Of a DNA stretch of 64,000 nucleotides, positions 48,201 through 55,239 are shown piece after piece (positions within the stretch are counted from its first letter, which is position 1; each line of letters opens with the position of its first letter). The notes below the pieces were generated by a model that searched no databases, was not told the origin of the DNA, and saw only the letters and a list, made by a program, of their open reading frames with translations. The translations under genes and the position numbers were made by a program. The stretch comes from Candidatus Eiseniibacteriota bacterium (GTDB lineage Bacteria; Eisenbacteria; RBG-16-71-46): positions 32,252 through 96,251 of the forward strand of contig JACRIW010000058.1 of NCBI GenBank assembly GCA_016215625.1, read 5' to 3'.

Positions 48201-49792
48201 GGGCCGAGCGTTTCGTCGGCGCGCACGTGCAGGAGGTTGCTCGTGACGGAGACGCCGGGTGCGGCGAACGAGCCGCCCACGTACCAGCCGCCCGCGCCGT
48301 CGCTCACAACGGCCTGTCCCGTTCCCGAGATGCCGAGCGGTTCCGTGTAGGTGATCGTGCCCGCCGTGTCGGCGTGCATGAAGCCGCTCGAGACGGGAGT
48401 GATCGCGCCGATGATGCCGCCGGCGTACAGCGCCGTGGCGGAGGCGGTCAGTGCGTTCACGCCGTTGCCACAGCCCCACGGCTGCTGCGCCGAGAGCAGC
48501 ATGCGCCGCCAGTCGAGCGAGGCGAGACCGTAGCGCGAGGTGCCGCCCATGGTCGTGAAGGCGCCGCCCACGAACAGCCGGTCGCCGCTCCGCACGAGCG
48601 CGTGCACGACGCTGCTCGGCGCGGGAGGGGCGCTCAGCAACACACCCGTGCTCGCCTGGTACGCGGCGAGGTAGGGGCGGAACTGGCCGTCGCAGTACGT
48701 GAACGCGCCGCCGACGAAGAGCGTGTCGCCGCAGAGCGCGAGCGCGCGCACTTCGCCGTTCGGCGAGGGCGTCCACGGCGCGAGCGTGCCGTCGGCGTTC
48801 ACGTGCAGCAGGTTCGTCCGCGCCTGGCCGCGTGCGTTCGTGACCGAGCCGCCGAAGAACCAGCCGCCGTTGCCGTCGGGGACGATCGTGCGCACGGTGC
48901 CGACGACGTCCTCGAACGGTGACGTCGGGTTCCCGGAGACGGTGTCGAGCCGCGCGAACGATCCGGTCGGCGGCGAGAGGTAGGAGAAGTCACCCGAGAG
49001 GAATAGCCGGTCGCTGTTCGCGGCCAGCGAGAGCAATTGGCCGCTCGCCTGGCGGTCGGGGCCGGAGGGAACGTCCGGGAGGAGTGCGCCGCTCGCGGGG
49101 TCGAACGCCGCGATGGCCGCGCGCGGCTCACCGTTCATGGAGCGGAACGAACCGTAGGCGTAGAGCTTGCCGTTCGCGAGCAGGAAGTCCCGGACCGTTC
49201 CCGTGGCCGGCACGGGATTCCACGCGAATGCCGCGGCGGTGCCGGTGTCGATCGCCGCGACGCCGTTGCGCGATTCGCCACCGATCTGCGTGAACGCACC
49301 CGTCACGTACAGCCGGCCGCCGGCGAAGGTCATCGCGTTCACGTTGCCGTTGGGCGCCGGCGCCCAGTCCGCGAGCGTGCCGTCCGCGCGGACGTGCAGC
49401 ATCCGCACGTGCGGCTGGCCCTGCGCGAGCACGAAGCTGCCGCCGAGGAACCAGCCACCCGTGCTGTCGCTCGCGGCGCACAGCACCTGCGAGTTCCAGT
49501 AGTACGGGATGTTCAGGCGGGGAAAGCCCGGCTTCGGGTCCGCGGTGGGAAGGACGACCGCACTTCCCGTGAACGGTCCGATGCGCGTGAACGAGCCGCC
49601 GACGAACAACGTCGAGCCCGTGGACTTCATCGTCAGGACGGCGCCGTCGGTGACGAAGCTGCTGTCGCGAAGGGTGAGCGCGCTCGCGCTGGTCGGGATC
49701 GCGGCGAGGCAGGCGAACGAGAGCGCGGCGAACAAGCGGAAAACCGAACGGCGCGTTGCGCCGGGCGTGAGAGCAGTTGGGTTGCGGAACAT
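45290..49792 (-). CDS. 1500-aa secreted beta-propeller repeat protein with FlgD-Ig/CTD-like tail (paralog B)
   Basis: Signal peptide; 28 repeats colinear with paralog A; tail PTPNPAR...LFDVTGRRVAAL...PGLYWYRL. Confidence 0.9.
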   Translation of the reverse strand: MFRNPTALTPGATRRSVFRLFAALSFACLAAIPTSASALTLRDSSFVTDGAVLTMKSTGSTLFVGGSFTRIGPFTGSAVVLPTADPKPGFPRLNIPYYWNSQVLCAASDSTGGWFLGGSFVLAQGQPHVRMLHVRADGTLADWAPAPNGNVNAMTFAGGRLYVTGAFTQIGGESRNGVAAIDTGTAAAFAWNPVPATGTVRDFLLANGKLYAYGSFRSMNGEPRAAIAAFDPASGALLPDVPSGPDRQASGQLLSLAANSDRLFLSGDFSYLSPPTGSFARLDTVSGNPTSPFEDVVGTVRTIVPDGNGGWFFGGSVTNARGQARTNLLHVNADGTLAPWTPSPNGEVRALALCGDTLFVGGAFTYCDGQFRPYLAAYQASTGVLLSAPPAPSSVVHALVRSGDRLFVGGAFTTMGGTSRYGLASLDWRRMLLSAQQPWGCGNGVNALTASATALYAGGIIGAITPVSSGFMHADTAGTITYTEPLGISGTGQAVVSDGAGGWYVGGSFAAPGVSVTSNLLHVRADETLGPLAPDVNGTILALLRSGTTLYLGGTFTSVNGSPRAGLAAIDVTTGALLPFDAALSSGASVRALTLLGDSLYVGGAFTAAGGQPRASAACVQAATGSLFAWDPQLSRTGGTPSVRKFVHSGGVLWTAGRFSHAAGQPRGNVAALDAVTAAPGAWTVDVITAQETTVEVLGNTVFVGGDFATVNGQPVSNLVALDATTGIKLPTWSAQPNGAVRVLQLHGGTLYLGGEFDFVNAAMRMRVAALNASTGTLLGWAPVANTFVYSIARDGNRVAMAGAFGTGNSITVHNAVGFSLASGRPNGFAPNVDGEVTALGTADGVVYVGGSFVTINAVTRVRLGAVAENGTLTSWASHSPALVYALTPYGSRLYVGGEINGKGSIRAISRVTGSAATWNPAPSGPIFALNAGSSLTAGGNCVGFGGASRSLLGSVTIATGAPTTWAPVINSPPTALLWNNGTLFAGGSFTTIASASHRYLAAWNTSTNALLPFDPVPDGAVSTLALGSDTLFTGGAFSNIAGSPRLRLAAFSASSLALLGVDPGVNGNVAVLEADRGRMLVAGAFTSVGMSARGGLAAVDLRTGYVRPWDPRTFGNVDDLHLSNGRVYAVGTFFRTEAPVRNLAAAFDTATAEVSPWAPEPDGTVFSMAEHEGTFYLGGAFSSAGGAARTSLAQVDTTAGLATAWNPGTNGTPIRLAVDSGTLFVGGAFTSAGGQPRGNGAAFDATTGVLTSWNPSANNQITSFAFQPGELFVGGAFTSIGGASRPKLALLSRTTGLATAWNAGMSSGVSEQVDVLDLNNGLLFVGGTFGSVANGAYGSFNLALLDAPTGAPIAWRPDPWQGVHALLRDRGTLHVGGFFSTIASEGHPFYAALLDPSYQLELLDAPAEPAVTAFTLGAPTPNPARNRSRLAFTLPAAGAVRLGLFDVTGRRVAALLSGERLEAGRHEHTVDVSRQAPGLYWYRLEYGGRILVRSVTVRP

Positions 49793-49858
49793 GGCGGCGA
49801 CTCCGAGTGTGCATTTGCGCCGGGGCCCGGGGGATGGGAGCGGCGCCACCTGCCGTGA

Positions 49859-49867
49859 AGCTTAGCA
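49859..49867 (-). promoter_or_regulatory. Candidate extended -10 promoter (TGCTAAGCT) for paralog B
   Basis: TGnTAnnnT match about 67 nt upstream of the start codon. Confidence 0.4.
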
Positions 49868-50007
49868 TCGCGGTTGACAGAAACCATACAGGTGCCCGTG
49901 CGGCCCGGACATGCTCCCTTTGGAGTAATGCGCCGCGCTCCCGCGAGGGACTACGCTCGGCCTCGTCCTCCGATGTACCGCTGCACTTCTTGAAGGGGAG
50001 ACCCTCC

Positions 50008-52353
50008 GTGAATCCATACATGCGTGCACTGGCTTCGCTGAAGCTGACCGTGGGCCTGCTGATCGTGATCGCGATCGTGCTGTCCTACGCGACCATCCTC
50101 GAGTCCATGCGCGGCACCGAAGCCGCGCAGTCCGTCTACAACGCGATGTGGTTCTACGCGCTGCAGGGGTTGTTCTCGCTGAACATCGTGGCGGCGCTGT
50201 GGGAGCGCTGGCCCCGCAACCGCTGGCGCATCGGTTTCGTCATCACCCACGCCTCGATGCTGCTCATCTTCGGCGGCGCGCTCGTCACCCTGACGCAGGC
50301 CATCTCGGGCGAGCTGCAGCTGTGGGAGGGCGAGAGCGCCCGGGTGTTCGAGCGCCAGCAGCGCGGCTTCGCCCGCGCGCCGATGCCGCTGCCGTTCACG
50401 GTGCGGCTCGATGCGTACGAGATGGACTACTACCCGGGCACGATGCGGCCGGCGAACTTCCGCAGCCGTGTCACGCTCATCGAAGCCGACGGACGCGAGA
50501 GCAAGGCCGCGATCTACATGAACCACCCGCTCACGCACCACGGCTACACGTTCTTCCAGTCGAGCTATCACGTCGAGGACGGCCGCGAGATGACCGTGCT
50601 GTCGGTGTCGAAGGACCCGGGCATGCCGATCGTCTTCTACGGCTTCTACCTCCTGATCCTCGGCATGTGCGTCGTGCTGTTCACGCGCATCATGCAGTTC
50701 CGCGAGGCCGAACGCGTGCGCGCGGCGACGAAGAAGACGGGCATCGGCATCCCGATCGTGCATCGCGCCGCGATCGTCGTGGCGTGCGCGGCTTCGGCCG
50801 TGCTCGCGGGGAACGCGTTCGCGCAGAACGGCCACCAGCACGGCCCGCCGCAGGTGGCGCCGCCGGCGATGGTCGAGGCGCTGCGCCGCATGCCGGTGCA
50901 GCACGACGGCCGCGAGATGCCGTTCGACACGCAGGCGCGTGAGGCCGTGCGCGTCGTGACCGGGCAGCGCGCGTTCGGCGGCATCGATCCCGTCGCGATG
51001 GTCATGGGCTGGCAGATGGACCAGCACGGCTGGCTCGAAGCGCCGATCATCAAGGTGGACGCGCACGTCGCGCAGCTCGTGGGCGCGCCGGGCGTCAAGC
51101 ACGTCAGCTTCAACCAGCTGCTCGCGAGTTCGGCGCTGCGCCAGGAGATCGGGCCGGCGATCGAACGCTCACAGGCCGACCAGCCGCAGATGCCGGGCGA
51201 CAAGGCGCTGCTCAAGCTGGACGAGCGCATCACCGTGTTCGACGCGTACCTGCGCGGCGCGGGCATCGTCGCGGTTCCCGCGGCCGATCGCGCGACGCGC
51301 TGGACGGCTCCCGCCAACGTCACCGACCCGGCGGCGTTCACGGCGATCGAGCCCGAGGTGCGGCGCAACCCGCCGCCATTCTACCCGTCGCGCGCGCTCA
51401 TCGACGCCGAGATGCGCTACAACGCGGTGAACCCGGTCGGCCTCGCGTGGTGGCTGCTGCTGCCCGCGGCGATCGCCGCCGGACTCACGCTCGAACGTGA
51501 CCGCTTCCGGCTGCGCTTCGCCTCGATCGTGCTGCTCGTCGCGGGCTTCGTCGTGATGACGTGGGGCATCGCGGTGCGCTGGCAGTTCGCCGGCCGCATC
51601 CCCGCGTCGAACATGTACGAGTCCATGATGTTCCTCGGCTGGGGCGTGGGGCTGTTCGGTGTCGCCGCGATGTTCTTCAAGAACCGCATCCCGACGTTCA
51701 ACGCCGCGGCCATGTCGGCGCTCACGATGTTCCTGCTCGACCGGCTGCCGATGGACCCGTTCGTCCATCCGATGCCGCCGGTGCTCGCGGGGACGCCGTG
51801 GCTCGCCATCCACGTGCCGATCATCATGGTGAGCTACTCGACGTTCGCGATCGCCACGTTCCTCGCGCACGCGCAGCTCGGCGTGGAGCTGTTCCGCCCG
51901 AACGACCGCGCCGCGGTGCAGAAGTGGGCCGACATCCTCTACTGGTACCTGATGGTCGGTTCGATCCTGCTCGTGACCGGCATCATCACCGGTTCGATCT
52001 GGGCGTCCGAGTCGTGGGGCACGTACTGGGGCTGGGACCCGAAGGAAGTCTGGTCGCTCGTCGCGTTCCTCGCCTACATGGCGATCCTGCACGCGCGCAG
52101 CGACGGCCAGATGGGTGCGTTCGGCGTGGCGCTGTGGTCGATCGTCGGCTTCTGGACGATCCTCATGACGTACCTGGGCGTGAACTTCGTGCTCGGCACG
52201 GGCATGCACTCGTACGGCATGGGCAGCTCGAACATCGTGCGCTCGATGCTCATGGTCGGCGGCGCCGAGACGCTCTTCCTGTTCCTGTGCTGGTACCAGC
52301 GCGCGAGCCGCGAAGCGGCCGAGATCGACGCGAGGAACGCCGCGAAGAGCTAG
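50008..52353 (+). CDS. ccsA: Fused system II cytochrome c biogenesis protein CcsB(ResB)-CcsA
   Basis: ResB-like N-terminus (ITHAS, MNHPL..GYTFFQSSY, SKDPG) and CcsA motifs P.SNMYES, WLAIHV, WASESWGTYWGWDPKEVW and GMHSYG. An alternative ATG lies at 50020. Confidence 0.93.
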   Translation: MNPYMRALASLKLTVGLLIVIAIVLSYATILESMRGTEAAQSVYNAMWFYALQGLFSLNIVAALWERWPRNRWRIGFVITHASMLLIFGGALVTLTQAISGELQLWEGESARVFERQQRGFARAPMPLPFTVRLDAYEMDYYPGTMRPANFRSRVTLIEADGRESKAAIYMNHPLTHHGYTFFQSSYHVEDGREMTVLSVSKDPGMPIVFYGFYLLILGMCVVLFTRIMQFREAERVRAATKKTGIGIPIVHRAAIVVACAASAVLAGNAFAQNGHQHGPPQVAPPAMVEALRRMPVQHDGREMPFDTQAREAVRVVTGQRAFGGIDPVAMVMGWQMDQHGWLEAPIIKVDAHVAQLVGAPGVKHVSFNQLLASSALRQEIGPAIERSQADQPQMPGDKALLKLDERITVFDAYLRGAGIVAVPAADRATRWTAPANVTDPAAFTAIEPEVRRNPPPFYPSRALIDAEMRYNAVNPVGLAWWLLLPAAIAAGLTLERDRFRLRFASIVLLVAGFVVMTWGIAVRWQFAGRIPASNMYESMMFLGWGVGLFGVAAMFFKNRIPTFNAAAMSALTMFLLDRLPMDPFVHPMPPVLAGTPWLAIHVPIIMVSYSTFAIATFLAHAQLGVELFRPNDRAAVQKWADILYWYLMVGSILLVTGIITGSIWASESWGTYWGWDPKEVWSLVAFLAYMAILHARSDGQMGAFGVALWSIVGFWTILMTYLGVNFVLGTGMHSYGMGSSNIVRSMLMVGGAETLFLFLCWYQRASREAAEIDARNAAKS

Positions 52354-52436
52354 AGGGTGGAGGTTTCTTGCACGGCGCCGCGTGTGGCAGGATGCCCGCG
52401 CGGCGCCGAACCGTTCGCGCCGGGAGGGAGGCTCGC

Positions 52437-52676
52437 ATGAAGGACTCGAAGGACACCGCCGTCGCCACGCTGCTCGAGGAAGTGCTCGACGACACGAAGA
52501 CGAACGAGCGCGTCGCGCACCTCGTGCTCAAGTCCGACTGGCCGATCGCGCTCTGCGGCGCGAACGTGAGCGATCACCTCGGCACGAAGGCGCCGGCCAT
52601 GGACCGCTGCACGGACTGCCTCAAGATCGCCGCCACGCGCGGCCTCGGCCGCCCGGGCTGGGACCTGAAGGGCTGA
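52437..52676 (+). CDS. Small putative zinc-binding protein, DUF3039-like
   Basis: GGAGG SD; ERVAH...IALCG...RCTDCLKI gives a His-Cys-CxxC ligand set. Confidence 0.7.
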   Translation: MKDSKDTAVATLLEEVLDDTKTNERVAHLVLKSDWPIALCGANVSDHLGTKAPAMDRCTDCLKIAATRGLGRPGWDLKG

Positions 52677-52689
52677 GCGCCGGAGCCGT

Positions 52690-53418
52690 TCAGCGCGCGA
52701 AGGTCTTCAGCGTGCCCCACGAGCGCCGGCGCACGTCGACGGCCGCGCTCGTCTCGCAGAACGCGATGCTGTCGAAGCCGACGTTCGGATCGGGGCTCGG
52801 GCCGAAGCGCAGCTCCACGCGCGTGATGCCCGTACCCGCGAGCGAGAACGTGAAGTTGCCGGGCAGGCCCGCCTGGCTCAGGCACGCGTCGCCGCTCGTG
52901 CTGTCCACCGCGGCGGCACCGGTCAGCGTGCCCACGGCGACGACGGCATGGCTCGCGTCGTAGGCGGTGAGCGTCGCGCCGTGCACCGCGCCGCCGTACG
53001 GGTAGTAGTCGCCGAAGTCGAAGAGCTTGATCGCGAAGCAGCCCACGGTGACGCCGGGCGCGAACGTGAAGTCGTAGTCGAGCACGCAGTTCGCGGGATG
53101 GCCCATGCCGCGAACGCCGTCGAGGCAGCCGTTGCTCACGCCGGCGCCGGTCGAGTAGCTCGAGTACGGGAACGTGTTGCCTTCCTCGATCACGCGTGAC
53201 GTGCCCGTCGGGCAGCCGGGGCCGAACGCCCATGCGACGCTCGTGATGCGCAGGTCCGGGTCCACCGCGCCGAGCCCTTCGACCACCGTGCCGGGGGCGA
53301 ACGACTCGAACGTGACGCCGTGGAACGCGCCGGCGCACACGCCCGGGGTGCAGGCGGCGAAGGCGGAGGACGGTGCGGCGAGCAGTGACGCGGCGAGTGC
53401 GAGGGCGAGCGGACGCAT
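52690..53418 (-). CDS. Exported Cys-containing beta protein with C-terminal SWGxLK tail
   Basis: Signal peptide MRPLALALAASLLAAPSSAFA; ends AVDVRRRSWGTLKTFAR*. Confidence 0.85.
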   Translation of the reverse strand: MRPLALALAASLLAAPSSAFAACTPGVCAGAFHGVTFESFAPGTVVEGLGAVDPDLRITSVAWAFGPGCPTGTSRVIEEGNTFPYSSYSTGAGVSNGCLDGVRGMGHPANCVLDYDFTFAPGVTVGCFAIKLFDFGDYYPYGGAVHGATLTAYDASHAVVAVGTLTGAAAVDSTSGDACLSQAGLPGNFTFSLAGTGITRVELRFGPSPDPNVGFDSIAFCETSAAVDVRRRSWGTLKTFAR

Positions 53419-53532
53419 GGGGACTCCCGGGACGGAGACGGGGTTCGAGGGTGCGCCGAAGTGCGTGGGCGGCCACGAGGCTCGCACGCGCGTGCCGCAA
53501 GGGGCCAGCGAAATCGCGCTGTTTCGTGACGC

Positions 53533-54102
53533 CTATCCCGCGTTTCGCCGTGCCTTCCACTCGTGCGCGAGCAGTCCGAAGAGCGCGGTGTCGGAGATCT
53601 CTTCGCCGACCTTCCAGCGCTCGCGCAGCGTGCCCTCGAGGCGAAAGCCGAGTTTCTCGACCGCGCGCACCGAAGCGGTGTTGCGAGGGTCGGCGTCCGC
53701 TTCGAGCCGGCGCAGGCCGAGCGGTCCGAAGGCGTAGTCCACGACCGCGACGAGCGCCTCGTGCGCGTAGCCCCGGCCCCAGTGACGCCGGGCGAGGCCG
53801 TAGCCGAGCTCCGCGCGATCGCTCGGCTCGACGAACGAGAACAACGACACCTGGCCGAGCGCGCGGTCGTCCTCGGGGCGCGTCACCGACCAGCGCAGGC
53901 CCGTGCGTTCGGGAAAGAACGTGCGGGCGCGTTCGCGCGCGGCGATCGCCTCGGACATCTCGCGCATCGGCGGGCGGCTCCAGTAGCGCATCGCGACCGG
54001 ATCGCTCTCCATCTCGAAGATCGCTTCGGCGTCGTGGTCGGCGATGCCGCGCAGCACGAGCCGCTCGGTCGTGAGCACGGGGAAGGTCGCGGGGAAGTTC
54101 AT
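53533..54102 (-). CDS. GNAT N-acetyltransferase, RimJ/RimL family
   Basis: Motifs LTTERLVLR, AELGYGL..HWGRGYA and N.AS....EKLGF..EG.LR. Confidence 0.93.
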   Translation of the reverse strand: MNFPATFPVLTTERLVLRGIADHDAEAIFEMESDPVAMRYWSRPPMREMSEAIAARERARTFFPERTGLRWSVTRPEDDRALGQVSLFSFVEPSDRAELGYGLARRHWGRGYAHEALVAVVDYAFGPLGLRRLEADADPRNTASVRAVEKLGFRLEGTLRERWKVGEEISDTALFGLLAHEWKARRNAG

Positions 54103-55238
54103 CCGAAGTGCTCCTCGCTGCGGTGGGCCGGTTCACGGTGCGACGAGAGCATCTTGTCCCACGGGCCGCCCTGCCAGTTGTCGCGGCGCGGCGCCTCGTG
54201 CGTCCAGGGCGGCAGTTCGAACAGCAGGTGAGCCGCGAGCGCCTGCGCGTAGGGTTCGTAGCGCAGGCGGAGCGCCGCGAGGCGCGATTCGAATCCGGGA
54301 TCGTCGGGCAGCGCGCCGGGCGCGGACTCGAGCCGCTCGCGCAGCAGGCGGAAGGCCGCGGTCGGGAGCCGGTCCTCGCGCTCCGCGGGCAGCGCGTGCA
54401 CGAAGATCTGCGTCACGTCCACGAGCGCATGGCGCGCCATGGCGAACGTGAGCGACGCCTGTGACGTCGTCTCTTCCTTCCCGCGTGCGAGCAGCAGCGC
54501 CGTCGAGTCGAGGATCGCGACCAGCGCCGCGAGCCAGGACTGGTTCGTGTGCTGGGAGCGGTAGTAGGCGAGCTGCGGATACGAGATGTGCGTCTCGAGC
54601 AATTGTGCGGACCAGCGTTCCCACGACGCGAGCAGGTCGTCGCGAAGCCTTCCGTTTTCCGAGGGCGGCGTGCGGCGCAGGAACTCGGCGGCGGTCGGGG
54701 GCGAGCCGGCGCGTGCGTCCATGAGCGAAATCTCGAGTTCCCGCTGTGCGAACCCGCCGTACATCGTCGGCAGGTAGCCCACGACCGTGCCGAGGAAACC
54801 GAAGCCCGTACCGGCCTCGAACACCGCGATCGCACGCCCGGCCGCGGTCGCGGGCGTGACGTCGCCGAACCCGAGCGTGAAGAACGTCTCGCCGCTCATG
54901 TAGAGCCACGTCGTGAACGCGCGCGGCGCCTCGTTCGGGCCGTGCGTCGCCATCGCGAGCAGCGCGAACGCGACGATGAGGCCGATCGCCCACACGCCGA
55001 GCAGCAGGAGGAGTGAAAGCGGGCCGAAGAAGCCGAGCATCGCCTCGCGATCGGCGGGCTTCTCGACGCGGCGCGCGAGCGCACGCCAGATCCGCCACGC
55101 GAGGACGTAGAACCAGCGCGTGAGGCGCACGCGACGTCCGATGCGACGCGGTACGAGGATCGTCTCGAACGCGTCCCACAGGATCACCAGCACGAGTGCG
55201 GCACCCGCCACGGCGGAGAGGACGGAGGGCAGGTTCAT
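54099..55238 (-). CDS. Potassium channel family protein (2TM pore domain plus cytoplasmic domain)
   Basis: Selectivity-filter-like TFFTLGFGDVTP flanked by TM helices; C-terminal HISYPQLAYYRS....SWL. Confidence 0.88.
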   Translation of the reverse strand: MNLPSVLSAVAGAALVLVILWDAFETILVPRRIGRRVRLTRWFYVLAWRIWRALARRVEKPADREAMLGFFGPLSLLLLLGVWAIGLIVAFALLAMATHGPNEAPRAFTTWLYMSGETFFTLGFGDVTPATAAGRAIAVFEAGTGFGFLGTVVGYLPTMYGGFAQRELEISLMDARAGSPPTAAEFLRRTPPSENGRLRDDLLASWERWSAQLLETHISYPQLAYYRSQHTNQSWLAALVAILDSTALLLARGKEETTSQASLTFAMARHALVDVTQIFVHALPAEREDRLPTAAFRLLRERLESAPGALPDDPGFESRLAALRLRYEPYAQALAAHLLFELPPWTHEAPRRDNWQGGPWDKMLSSHREPAHRSEEHFG

Positions 55239-55239
55239 T

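Noticed and set aside
33814-49792. Repeats read as a CRISPR array, DGR template/variable pair or recent duplication
   Set aside because: The repeats are degenerate and at protein level, the paralogs are strongly diverged, and no reverse transcriptase, cas or recombinase gene is in the window.
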